Assembly (NCBI GenBank): GCA_963701965.1
Contig: OY969695.1
Coordinates: forward strand, 4,928,001-4,992,000
Direction of reading: 5' to 3'
Source: an uncultured Gemmatimonadales bacterium
Lineage (GTDB): Bacteria > Gemmatimonadota > Gemmatimonadetes > Gemmatimonadales > Gemmatimonadaceae
Length of the DNA: 64,000 nucleotides
Below the pieces are notes generated by a model, which did no database searches, was not told the DNA's origin, and saw only the letters and a program-made list of their open reading frames with translations. Below are positions 20,060 through 30,510 of this stretch, piece after piece. The translations under genes and the position numbers were made by a program. Within the stretch, counting starts at the first letter, position 1; the number at the start of each line of letters is the position of its first letter.

Positions 20060-23000
20060 GGTGGATTGGCACAGGCGGCGCGCTCATCGCGGCGTCGATC
20101 GCCTCGCAGTCGGCGCCCGCCCGAGCACAAGTCGTCCCGTCGTCGCTCGCGACGAGTGGGCAGCAGTGGCACCAGAACACCGACGTGCTCGCGAGGCGCA
20201 TCGCGCTCAAACTGGACCACGTAGCGCTGGCGGCGGCCCTGGATACGATCGCCTCCCGGGCGCACGCCCGCGTGGTCTATAGCTGGAGTGTGGTGCCGGT
20301 TTCGCAGACGGTGTCCTTGGTGGCGGACGCCATCACCGTGGAGGACGCGTTGACGCTCGTGCTGCGTCGGACCGGCGTGAAAGCCGTCGCCGGCACGAGC
20401 GAGACGATCATGCTGGTGAAGGACGAGGATCCCCGCTCCAGCAGCCCGGACACCGGAGCGCACGCGGAGGTGCTGGTGCGCGTGATGAACGATACGACGA
20501 CGCAACCGCTTGCGGGCGCCGTCGTGGGGCTCAAGGGGACCGACAAGCAAGAGATCACCGACGATCGGGGGTATGCCGCTCTCCTGCGCGTCCCGGCGGG
20601 ACTCCGGGTGATTACGGTGCGCTACCTCGGCTACACGCCCGATGAACGACGCATCGTCGCGCCTGACACCGGCTTCGTGACCGTCACCTTCGCGCTCAAG
20701 ATGGGAGCGGCGCACCTCCAGGAGATCGTCACGACCGCGACTGGCCCGCGCCGTCGCTACGAGCTGTCGAATGACATCACGATCCTGAATGCCGACTCGA
20801 TCGTCCGCAACGAACCGATCTCGAACGTCACCCAGATTCTCGATGGTCGTGTCCCCGGTCTGACGGTCCAGCATACATCGGGCGCGCCGGGCGATCCGAG
20901 CCGCTTGCGCCTCCGCGGGGTCAGTAGTGCGCTCGAGTCGAATGACCCAATCGTCATCGTCGATAACGTGCGGGTCTATGCCGCGCAGTCCGACTCGTTG
21001 AGCGGGAACCTCGCGGCTCTCCACAGTGCGGTGCTGCCGGGCATTCTCGGCATCCCCGGCGCCGCTAATACGAGTGTCGGGTCGACAGCCGGGGCCCCGT
21101 CGCCGCTCGATCAGATCGACCCAGGGAGCATCGAGACCATCGAGGTGCTGAAGGGACCTTCCGCCGCCACGCTGTATGGTCCCGATGCCGCAAATGGCGT
21201 CATCGTCATCACAACGAAGAAGGGTCACGCGGGTCCCGCGCGTTGGACGGCTGATGCGTCGCACGGGACATCGTCGATCCCCGGACAATATCCCGTGGGG
21301 TACTATCGGTTCGGCGTCGGCTCGGCAACCGATGACGTCAGGCTTTGTCCGTTGAGCGACCCCAGTTGCACGGCCGATAGTCTTGTGCGTTTCCAAGCGC
21401 TCAACCATTCCCAGTACTCCATTCTCCGGAGTGGCGTGACGAACACTGGGAACGTCGGTGTCTCGGGCGGCAGCGAGGCGCTGACGTACGCCGTCAACGG
21501 GAGTATTGACGACGAACAAGGGGTGGTGAACATGCCACCGTCCGAGATGGCTCTCTACCGGTCCATGCACGATGGCGATCAGCCACTCGGGTGGATGATC
21601 CATCCCGAGCAGCTGTCGCGATGGAGCGCCACGTCTCGCCTGGCTGCGAAGCTGAGCGATCGTGCCGATGTGTCGCTCTCGGTGATGTTGACGCACGAAA
21701 ACCAACAGCGATCCGATCTCGAGAGCGAACTGGCCCCGCTCATGACCACCTACATCGATCGCAAGAACAACCTGTACTGGCAGGCCAATGGGTCAGGATT
21801 GAGTCCGGTGAGCGACCCCCTGGCAGATGCGTCGCAGCGCGTCACCGACGATGCCACGAATTTCACGAACTCCGCCAGTTTCAGTTGGCGTCCGTTGAAC
21901 TGGCTCACGACTAGTGCCAGTGTGGGGCTCAACGTCATCAGTCGGCAGGATGACGCCCTGGTTCCACAGGGTGTGCAGGCAATCAATACGAACAACGAGC
22001 AAACGAACGCCGACAGCGGCGGCACGCTCACCACCGCGCACGGATCAACAACGCAAACCACGGTCAACATGCAGGTCGAGGGTAATGTGCCGCTGTTCGG
22101 CGGCCTCCGCATGCAGTTGGCCACGGGAGCGAATTACAGCGCTGCGGCGGTATCAACTATTACGACATCGGCGATCGGTCTCCTCCCGGGCAGCAACTCG
22201 CTCGTGGGCGCGCAGGCCATCAGGTTGGCCACGCAAGCCTCGAACAACCAAACCAGTTACGGCTGGTACCTGGCGCCGGACTTCATGTACCGGCACTTCG
22301 TCATCAATACCGGTCTGCGCCTCGATCAGAGTACATTGTTCGGCAAGAACGCCCATCAGCCGCTCTTCCCGAAGCTTGGCGTGTCGTGGCTCCTCTCCGA
22401 AGAGCGGTTCTTTCCGTTCAAGAAACTGTTCGACGCCTTCCGCGTGCGCGGGGCGTACGGGCAGGCGGGCGTCTGGCCGTCGCCACAGCAACAACTGCGC
22501 CTCTACCAGTCATTCAATCCGTTCCTCGACGGTGGCTTCCAGTCAGCGACCCAGCTCACCACCATTGGCAACAGTCAACTACGGCCGGAGCGGTCGGAGG
22601 AGTTCGAGGGCGGTGTCGACGCCGACCTGCTTCACGACTGGGTGTCGGTCGAATTCAGTGGCTATCGAAAGATGCGCTATGACGCGATCCTGAACGTGCC
22701 GGTCGCGCCGTCTGTGTTCGCCAACCAGTCGATCGCCGAAAACATTGGGGAGATCCGCAACACCGGCGTCGAAGCGACTCTAATCACGCAGCTCCTTCGC
22801 ACCGATCCGGTCTCGTGGAACGTGGCGGTCAATCTGAGCCGTAACTACAACGTGGTCGTGCGACTCGGTCCGGGCGTCCTGCCATTCGGCACGGACGACG
22901 CGCGCGTTCAGGCCGGATATCCGCTCTTCAGTCGGTTTGCGCGGCCCATCCTGGCGTACACGGATGCGAATCACGACGGCATCATCGAGCCGGACGAGGT

Positions 23001-23508
23001 GCTCGTCGGTGACTCGCTGGTCTATATGGGCGCGAGCGATCCGAGCTACACCGTCGGGATGCACAGCCAGATGTCCTTTTTTCGAGGCGCGGTGTCCGTG
23101 TCGGCCGACTTCGAGTACCAGGCCGGCCTGACGCAGCTCAACGGACCGCTGGGATCGGCTGGACAGTTGGTGTTCTCGCCGGGGAGCAGTGACCCGCACG
23201 CGCCGTTCTCGGAGCAGGCGGCCGCCGCTGTGTTGAACGAGACGGACTATGGAGCCATTCAGCGCGTGAGCACGTTCCGATTCCAGAGCCTCTCGGTCGC
23301 CTACCACCTCCCGAGGACAGTCGCGCGCTGGCTCATGCGAGCGGCGGATGTGTCGGTGGCGCTCCAGGGCACGAATCTCGGGTTGTTCACGAACTACAAG
23401 GGAAAGGACCCAGACGTGAACACGTACTCGACGGGCAATCAACTCATCAATGGCGGTGTCGTGCCGCAACCGCGCGTGTGGATCGTCAGAGTCAATGCGG
23501 CGTACTGA
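20056..23508 (+). CDS. SusC/RagA-family TonB-dependent transporter, copy 2
   Basis: Signal peptide, STN-like domain, same plug signature as copy 1. Confidence 0.9.
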   Translation: MRWIGTGGALIAASIASQSAPARAQVVPSSLATSGQQWHQNTDVLARRIALKLDHVALAAALDTIASRAHARVVYSWSVVPVSQTVSLVADAITVEDALTLVLRRTGVKAVAGTSETIMLVKDEDPRSSSPDTGAHAEVLVRVMNDTTTQPLAGAVVGLKGTDKQEITDDRGYAALLRVPAGLRVITVRYLGYTPDERRIVAPDTGFVTVTFALKMGAAHLQEIVTTATGPRRRYELSNDITILNADSIVRNEPISNVTQILDGRVPGLTVQHTSGAPGDPSRLRLRGVSSALESNDPIVIVDNVRVYAAQSDSLSGNLAALHSAVLPGILGIPGAANTSVGSTAGAPSPLDQIDPGSIETIEVLKGPSAATLYGPDAANGVIVITTKKGHAGPARWTADASHGTSSIPGQYPVGYYRFGVGSATDDVRLCPLSDPSCTADSLVRFQALNHSQYSILRSGVTNTGNVGVSGGSEALTYAVNGSIDDEQGVVNMPPSEMALYRSMHDGDQPLGWMIHPEQLSRWSATSRLAAKLSDRADVSLSVMLTHENQQRSDLESELAPLMTTYIDRKNNLYWQANGSGLSPVSDPLADASQRVTDDATNFTNSASFSWRPLNWLTTSASVGLNVISRQDDALVPQGVQAINTNNEQTNADSGGTLTTAHGSTTQTTVNMQVEGNVPLFGGLRMQLATGANYSAAAVSTITTSAIGLLPGSNSLVGAQAIRLATQASNNQTSYGWYLAPDFMYRHFVINTGLRLDQSTLFGKNAHQPLFPKLGVSWLLSEERFFPFKKLFDAFRVRGAYGQAGVWPSPQQQLRLYQSFNPFLDGGFQSATQLTTIGNSQLRPERSEEFEGGVDADLLHDWVSVEFSGYRKMRYDAILNVPVAPSVFANQSIAENIGEIRNTGVEATLITQLLRTDPVSWNVAVNLSRNYNVVVRLGPGVLPFGTDDARVQAGYPLFSRFARPILAYTDANHDGIIEPDEVLVGDSLVYMGASDPSYTVGMHSQMSFFRGAVSVSADFEYQAGLTQLNGPLGSAGQLVFSPGSSDPHAPFSEQAAAAVLNETDYGAIQRVSTFRFQSLSVAYHLPRTVARWLMRAADVSVALQGTNLGLFTNYKGKDPDVNTYSTGNQLINGGVVPQPRVWIVRVNAAY

Positions 23509-24997
23509 GCGCCAGGTGTCGACGATACGCGTCGCCTCGCCTGCCGTGCAGATCATCGTGCGGCTCGTCTACGGATCGCTGTTCGCCGGCCTGGCGGCGT
23601 GTCAGGTCGCCACCGATCCGCTCCCGGCCGGTGTCCCCGATCCCAGCACGACGCGCACTCCGTCGGGTGCGCAAGACGTCTACGAAGGTGCTCTGGCCAC
23701 GCTGCGCAACGCCTTTGCGGGCGCGGGAGATGCGTTCGTGCCGACCACCGGGTTGCTCACCGATGAACTCGAAACAGGTGACATTGGCGAGCTGTCGTTG
23801 ATCACACCGGGAACGGTGGTCGACAGCCGAATCTTGCCAGAGTACACGGGCACGGGCACGGACAACGTCACCCCCAGCACGATCGTCGAAATCTATGGTC
23901 TCTTGCAGAATACGCGCGCCGAGGCTCGACAAGCCCGTGGGTACCTCCATGCCTATGCGCCGCAAGCGCCCAAGGCGCTGACTGGGCATATGTATGCCGT
24001 CGAAGGCTATGCCGACGTGTTCCTCGCCGACCTATTCTGCTCGGGCGTCCCACTCAGCACGCTCGATTTCGGCAAGGATTTCACGTACCAGCCCGGATCG
24101 TCGACGCAAGATGTGTATGAGCGCGCGGTCACGTACTTCGACTCCGCGCTGACGCTGGTCGCCGACAGCAACCGTATTCTCAATCTGGCGCGGATGGGGA
24201 AGGGACGGGCCCTCCTGGCGCTTGGTCAGTACGCTCAGGCCGCCGCCGCGGTCGCCCAAGTGCCCGACGGCTACCAGTACGCGCTGCAGTTCAATGGGAC
24301 GGCTACATCAACTAGTGGCGGCGCCCCCATGTCCAACCAGAACTTCGTGACCCCGACCTTCAATGCTGGCTATGCCCCTGGAATCGGAGGGCTCACGATG
24401 GTGGATCGAGAAGGCGGAAACGGTCTTCCCTTTCTCTCGAGGGGCGATCCGCGCTCCGTAGGGACGGCGAACGGGTTCAACGACTTCGGGGTCCCAATGT
24501 TCCGACCGCTGATGTACGACATCACCGGAGACAGCCCGGTGATCATGGCCAGCGGGATCGAAGCGCGACTGATCGCCGCCGAGGCGGCGCTCCAAGCGGG
24601 TGGCAACGGTTGGCTGACGACGTTGAACACCCTGCGGACCGACGGCACGCTTGCGACGCAGCCGGATGGCACCGATCCGACCAAGACCGACACGGTATGG
24701 AATGCCGGCAGCGGCGGCGTCGCGGGACTGGCGCCGCTCCGTGATCCGGGCACCGTGCCCGCCCGCGTGACGATGCTGTTCACGGAACGCGCCTACTGGT
24801 TGTTTCTCACGGGCCATCGTCAGGGCGATCTGCGCCGTCTCATTCGGCAGTACGGTCGCGCCGAGACGCTGGTGTATCCGGTCGGAGCGTACACGGGGGC
24901 CTTCGACGCCTATGGCACTGACGTGACCGCACCCATTCCCGGCGCCGAGCGGCTCAGCAATCCGCTGTTCAAGGGCTGCCGCAGCCGAGGAGCCTGA
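23495..24997 (+). CDS. SusD/RagB-like lipoprotein, copy 2
   Basis: Lipobox LAAC; ERAYWLFLTGHRQGDLRRL; start uncertain. Confidence 0.85.
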   Translation: MRRTERQVSTIRVASPAVQIIVRLVYGSLFAGLAACQVATDPLPAGVPDPSTTRTPSGAQDVYEGALATLRNAFAGAGDAFVPTTGLLTDELETGDIGELSLITPGTVVDSRILPEYTGTGTDNVTPSTIVEIYGLLQNTRAEARQARGYLHAYAPQAPKALTGHMYAVEGYADVFLADLFCSGVPLSTLDFGKDFTYQPGSSTQDVYERAVTYFDSALTLVADSNRILNLARMGKGRALLALGQYAQAAAAVAQVPDGYQYALQFNGTATSTSGGAPMSNQNFVTPTFNAGYAPGIGGLTMVDREGGNGLPFLSRGDPRSVGTANGFNDFGVPMFRPLMYDITGDSPVIMASGIEARLIAAEAALQAGGNGWLTTLNTLRTDGTLATQPDGTDPTKTDTVWNAGSGGVAGLAPLRDPGTVPARVTMLFTERAYWLFLTGHRQGDLRRLIRQYGRAETLVYPVGAYTGAFDAYGTDVTAPIPGAERLSNPLFKGCRSRGA

Positions 24998-25002
24998 CTG
25001 CC

Positions 25003-26044
25003 ATGGCCTGGCGTCCGCCGTCACCCAATCACCTGGTCGCGATGCTTGCGCTCACCGTCGCGGCGTGCGCGACCGATACGCCGTATGCGCCGCCACCGGT
25101 GACGGATCCCACGAAACTCTACTGGTCACTGACGCTCAATCATCGGGCCGTCTTGCTTTCAACGGTGGCGCCGTACGACACCATTCGACTGGTCGCCACG
25201 CCGCGGACCATCAAGGGCGTTCCCATCGCGGGGCTTCCGGCGCCCACGTTCACGTCGCTTGACCTGCAGAACGTGCAAGTCAGCACCACGGGGCTGGTAC
25301 ACGCCATTGGCACGGGCACGCAATTCACCGTGGTCGTGTCAATGTCGGTCGGCAATGACACGCATGCGGACACGGCGATCATCAATGTCACCGACACGAC
25401 GCCGCCACCCGTGCTCAGCCGGTTCACGATTCATCCGGGATCCGGAGACAGCGCGAAGACGGCCGCCGATATCGAAGTGTCCATTCCCGGGGTGGGGATC
25501 GATCCCGTCGGAGACACCATCCAGAATCTCTCCATCTACTACGCGACCGCAGATTCCAACGTCGCGAACATCAGTCGCGCCGGGGTGCTGACACCGAACC
25601 GACCAGGTCATGTGACGGTGTATGCGACGACGACGGCGTACGGGATCACGAAGGTGGATACGCTGCCGTACACGATCGGGTATTCCATCTTCGCCGGGAT
25701 CCAAATCGCAGCGGAGCCCAACGCCGCCGGCAAAACCGTCGGCGTGTTTACGCCGAGCAGTGTTCTCGTCGGTCCGGGGGCCACCATCATTTTCGAGAAT
25801 CTGTCCGGTCCACTCACGGACGTCACGTTCAATGATCCGACGCACGTCATGCAGAGATGACGCCGCCTGCGCCGAGCATGTGTGGTGGTGTGGCTCCGGC
25901 AACATTCCGGCGTTCGCCAACGATCCCACCGACACGACCGGTTCGAAGCAGGATCGCATTCGCGTATTCCCCGTCCCGGGCACGTACAAGTTCCACAGCA
26001 CGATCTCCGGATCCTCCGGCTCGGTCGTCGTGATGAAACAATGA
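25003..26044 (+). CDS. Ig/cupredoxin-like lipoprotein, copy 2 (apparent +1 frameshift at ~25855)
   Basis: CAGAGATGA vs CAGGATGA in copy 1; C-terminus continues in ORF 25622..26044. Confidence 0.7.
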
Positions 26045-27673
26045 GTGCGCATTCGATGGACTCGTTCCTCACACGGCGTGGTTTCCTCAGAACCAGCGCC
26101 ATGGCGGCGGCGGTGGCCGCGGTGCCCAGCCGTATCGTGCGAGGAGTCCCCGAGGCGAGAGCTATTCCACCGATCGAGGATCCACGCACCGCCGAGTTGG
26201 CCGCGCGCGGGCTCGAGAGCGCGCGCGGCACCGGCGCGGGCTACGCCGACGTCCGTCTGACTCACACCCGGACGCGACGATTCCAAGCGATCGTCGTCGA
26301 GGACGAGGAGGACATGGAGGTCGGCGTACGCGCGCTCGTGGACGGGTACTGGGGATTCGCCAGCGGACCCGTGTGGAGCCCGGACGAGATGGCGCGCCTC
26401 GGTCGCGAGGCCGTGCATCAAGCCAAAGTCAATACCCTCGGCAAGCCGCGCAATGTGACCCTAGCGTCGGCGGCGGTCGTGCAGAGCGCGCACTGGGCCA
26501 CACCGGTCCAGATCGATCCGTTTGGGTTGTCGCCATTCGAGATTCAGGACTATCTCGCCGCCATGCAGATCTGGACCGAGGAGTACGGCATTCAGGGGGT
26601 GGTCAGTCAGATGTACGCCGTCGTCCAGGATGTAGCCTTCTCGTCGACGATCGGGAGCTATTGCACACAGCGCCGATACTGGACGGAGGGGACGTTGTCT
26701 GGCGCGGTGCGCGTCGGCAACGAGCGGGGCGGGGTCTCGCTGGCGTGCCTTTCGCGGGCGGGTATGGGGTGGGAGCTGTTCACCGCCGATCGCATCCCGC
26801 GCGTGCGCGATCACGCCTTGCGCGACGAGGTCCGCCTCCGCGCGGAGGAGGCGCGCGCGCTCCTTCGCCTGCCGCTCAAGCCCATCAATGTCGGGCGCTA
26901 CGATGCCGCCGTCGACGCCACGAGCATGGCGCGAGTAGTCAATGCGACGCTCGGTCGCGCCACCGAGTTGGACCGTGCACTCGGGTACGAAGCCAATGCG
27001 GGCGGCACCAGCTATCTGTCGGATCCATTGGGGATGATCGGACACTACCAGGCCGGCGCTCCCCTGTTGACCGTGACGGGCAATCGATCGGAATCCGGTG
27101 GGGCCGCTACGGTGCGGTGGGACGACGAGGGGGTGGCCCCGGACGATTTCTTGCTCGTCAAGAACGGCGTCCTCACCGACTTCCAGACCACGCGCGAAAG
27201 CGCGACATGGATGGGCGGGTCAGCCGTCGGCGACCGGTGCCCACGCGCGGTCACACGGGTGTGCCAATGCGCCCTCGGCGGTGTACGCCGCCATGACCCA
27301 CACGCCAAACCTCGTCATGGCGCCGGGGGCGTCCGGGGACTTCGAGACAATGGTCAGTAGCGTGACCAATGGTCTGGCCATCTCGGGGGCCAATCTCGAG
27401 ATGGACTTTCAAGTGGCAACCGGGTTCGGGACGGGGACGGTCGTTGCCGTCAAGCAGGGGAAGCGGGTGGCGCGCTTATCGGGTGCGGGGTTCCTGTTCC
27501 GATCGACCGAGTTCTGGAAATCACTCGTGGCGATCGGCGGCGAGACGTCGCTGCGCCGGGTGGGCCTGGCAGCGCAGAAGGGTGAGCCGCCGCAGCTGTG
27601 TTATCACAGCGTCACGGCGCCGCCCGCGGTCGTCAAGGGGCTCACGCTCATCGACCCGTTGAGGAAAGCATGA
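26041..27673 (+). CDS. tldD: TldD-family protein with Tat signal, copy 2 (apparent +1 frameshift at ~27213)
   Basis: TRRGFL twin-arginine; colinear with copy 1; C-terminus in ORF 27098..27673. Confidence 0.8.
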
Positions 27674-29115
27674 GCCGGGGACGTGATCGATTGATTCGAC
27701 TCAATGACGCGGATCGGATCCTGTCTCGCGAGGAATGCGCGCGCATCGCCCGCCGGACCTTCGATTTCGCGCGCGGCGGCGGAGAGTGCCGCATCGGGAT
27801 CTTCTCGTGGTGGAACGGTGAGCTGCGGTGGGCGCGCAATCGCGTGGCGCTGGCCAGTGATCGCCGGGACATCCGGATCGAGGTCGGCCGGTTCGTCGGC
27901 GTGGGGCAAGGCCAGGCGACGACGAACCAGCTCGACAATGAGTCGCTCGAGTCCGCGGTGCGGGCCGCGGAGCGGAACGCCCGGCACTTTCCACTCATTC
28001 TGCGTCGCCCAATGCTGCTCCCGCCCATTCCCGTGGCCGCGCCCCCGCAGACAGCGATCTGGAGCGACGCGACGTATGCCGTGACGCCGGAAGTGCGGGG
28101 CGAGGTGGCGCGGACGCTGGTGGCGAACGCGGAAGCGAAGGGGATGCAGTCGGCGGGGTACATCGAAATGCGCGCGGGCGCGCAGACGCTCCTGAGCTCG
28201 GAGCGGATGGACGCGCCGGCGCCGTGGGACGTCCCCTACGCGGCGTGGACACAGGCGCAATGCTCAATGACGGTGCGGAGCCCGGACGGTACGGGGTCGG
28301 GCTGGGCGGGTCTTTCGGGCCATGACTGGGCGCGGATCGATGGCGCCGGGCTGGCGCAGCGTGCGCTCGACAAGTGTCTCACCTCGCAGCATCCGGTGAC
28401 GCTCGAACCCGGGCGGTACACGGTGATCCTGGAGCCGCAGGCCGTCGCCGATTTGTGGGAGCTGGTCGTGGACTCTATGCCGCGGGTTATCGCGGAGATG
28501 GGCCAGGGGCCCTGGGCGTTGGCGCCGGACGAGGCGCTCAACCTGTGGCGCACGAAACTGGGGCTCAAGGTCATGGACGAACGCATCACGGTGGACCACG
28601 ACCCGGCGGACCCGGAACTGGGTATCGTGCCCTCGGCGTGGATGGAGCCCGTGCGCTGGATCGATCGCGGCGTGCTGACGACGCTCGCGTACGATCGGGA
28701 CTATGCGCTGGCGAACTTGAAAACCAACGCGCCACGGCGGGGGATGGTGGGGTACCGCATGAGTGGCGGCGAGACCTCGATGGAGGAGATGATTCGGACC
28801 ACCACGCGCGGATTGCTCGTCACCCGGCTCTCGAATGTGCGACTGTTGGATCAGACCAGTCTTCTGGCCACGGGGTTGACCCGGGATGGGCTGTGGTTGA
28901 TCGAGCATGGCCAGATCTCGAAGGCCGTCAAGAATCTGCGCTTCACCGAATCTCCGTTGTTCGCGTTCTCGAGCATCGAGCAGCTTGGGGTTCCGGTGCC
29001 GGTGTTCCGCCCGGTCAAGGACCCGTATGAGCAATTCGCGCCGTTGACCCCGGCGATCGTGCCGGCGCTCAAGGTGCGCGACTTCTCCTTCACGTCGACG
29101 ATCGATGCGATATAA
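27670..29115 (+). CDS. tldE: TldE/PmbA-family protein, copy 2 (intact)
   Basis: ATGA overlap with the tldD stop; TldE-like motifs; no signal peptide. Confidence 0.85.
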   Translation: MSRGRDRLIRLNDADRILSREECARIARRTFDFARGGGECRIGIFSWWNGELRWARNRVALASDRRDIRIEVGRFVGVGQGQATTNQLDNESLESAVRAAERNARHFPLILRRPMLLPPIPVAAPPQTAIWSDATYAVTPEVRGEVARTLVANAEAKGMQSAGYIEMRAGAQTLLSSERMDAPAPWDVPYAAWTQAQCSMTVRSPDGTGSGWAGLSGHDWARIDGAGLAQRALDKCLTSQHPVTLEPGRYTVILEPQAVADLWELVVDSMPRVIAEMGQGPWALAPDEALNLWRTKLGLKVMDERITVDHDPADPELGIVPSAWMEPVRWIDRGVLTTLAYDRDYALANLKTNAPRRGMVGYRMSGGETSMEEMIRTTTRGLLVTRLSNVRLLDQTSLLATGLTRDGLWLIEHGQISKAVKNLRFTESPLFAFSSIEQLGVPVPVFRPVKDPYEQFAPLTPAIVPALKVRDFSFTSTIDAI

Positions 29116-30508
29116 CCGCGGCGGCGGCACGGCCCTCGCGGCGATGAGTGCCATTATTACAGCCAGTGCTCAGGGACAGACGCGATTTCAGTGGCCGGAC
29201 ACGAGCGTGGATGTCGCGCGCTACTCCAGCGTTGGTGAATGCCTGGGTGCCGTTCGACGCGTTCAGGCCAACGTGGAGCGCAATGAGGCATTGACCGTCG
29301 CGCGGGACACCATACCGCGAGACCCGGCACGCAGCCTTCAGCCGGCCCCGGCCGTGGTGACTGAGACGGCGACCCGGTGTGCGGCCCACATCTCGCCACG
29401 CACCGTCGATCTGGCCGAGTTCCGCTGGACCATCCCGCTCTTGCTGGCAGCCGGCCGGGATAGCGATGTCGCGGTCTTGATCGAGCGGAAACTGGCGCTG
29501 GTCCCCCCCACGGACGCGCGGGTGCGCGAGAGCGTCGTCGACAGCGCGGTTGATCTCTATCTGGACGCGCGGCCGGTGCGTCTGGCGGCGGCCGAAACGT
29601 TTCTGGTGCGGCGGGCCCGTGGCGGCGCGGATCGTATCGAACGCCTCAAGACGTACGACAAGCTGCGTAACGTGAGTCATCAGGATGGCGATACGGCACG
29701 CGCGCGGCGCGTCGCGCGCTGGGTGATCGGCGTGGCCGACTCCCTCACCCCGGTGGAGCGCCAGTCGCAGGCCTACGCGGAGCTGGACGTCGGGAATGGT
29801 GGCGACCTGCTGATCTACGCCGCGGAAGAGGAGCTGACGGGCCTGACCCCGCTGCTCGATAGCCTTCGCCACAGTACCGCGGCGTTCGCGGCCCTCGAAA
29901 ACGATCTCCTGCGTCGGGCGTCAGGCGGCCAGCCGGACAAGCTCCTGCCCATCGGACGACCCTCTCCGCCGCTCGCCGCTGATTGGTGGTTTCCGGCTGT
30001 CGCGGGGACCGTGCATCGGCCGACGCCGGGTCGGGTGACGTTCGTCAGCTTTCTCACTTTCCCGCAGTGTGTGGGGTTGTCCGAAGATAGCTACAGCGGC
30101 TCGTGTAATAGTGAACTGGTACGGCTCCGGCGACTCGCGCGTCGGTTTCCCAATGTCGACATCACGATCGTCGCGTCGACCCAAGGCGGCTTCATGTATC
30201 TGCCGCCAATGGCGCCGGCCGCCGAGGCCTCCTGGATCGCGCAGTGGGTCGACGTGTTTCATGTGCCGAACGTGGTCGTGGCCGTCGACTCGACGCCGTT
30301 CTGGCGTCTCCCGGATCCGGACGGGCGGCGGATCAACAAGGACGTGCCAGGTCTTGTGGTCCACCGGTACGGTCTCTGGCGACCGGAGCAGTCCGGTCGG
30401 ATGCTCGTCGACGAAAATGGCCTCATTGTCGACGTCCTGCATGTGAACGACGAGGACGAGTTGATGCAGTTCATTGACGCGCTGGTTCATCGCCACCGTA
30501 CGAGCTGA
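29105..30508 (+). CDS. Secreted protein with C-terminal thioredoxin/TlpA-like domain, copy 2 (intact)
   Basis: Signal peptide; IGRPSPPL...GRVTFVSF...C-x11-C-NSELVRL...MLVDENGLIV pattern. Confidence 0.75.
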   Translation: MRYNRGGGTALAAMSAIITASAQGQTRFQWPDTSVDVARYSSVGECLGAVRRVQANVERNEALTVARDTIPRDPARSLQPAPAVVTETATRCAAHISPRTVDLAEFRWTIPLLLAAGRDSDVAVLIERKLALVPPTDARVRESVVDSAVDLYLDARPVRLAAAETFLVRRARGGADRIERLKTYDKLRNVSHQDGDTARARRVARWVIGVADSLTPVERQSQAYAELDVGNGGDLLIYAAEEELTGLTPLLDSLRHSTAAFAALENDLLRRASGGQPDKLLPIGRPSPPLAADWWFPAVAGTVHRPTPGRVTFVSFLTFPQCVGLSEDSYSGSCNSELVRLRRLARRFPNVDITIVASTQGGFMYLPPMAPAAEASWIAQWVDVFHVPNVVVAVDSTPFWRLPDPDGRRINKDVPGLVVHRYGLWRPEQSGRMLVDENGLIVDVLHVNDEDELMQFIDALVHRHRTS

Positions 30509-30510
30509 TC

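Noticed and set aside
19897..21705. Long antisense and alternate-frame ORFs (e.g. 19897..21705, 35871..37637, 37086..38870, 43596..44405)
   Set aside because: Arg/Gly/Pro-rich shadows of well-supported genes, expected at high GC; no recognisable motifs.
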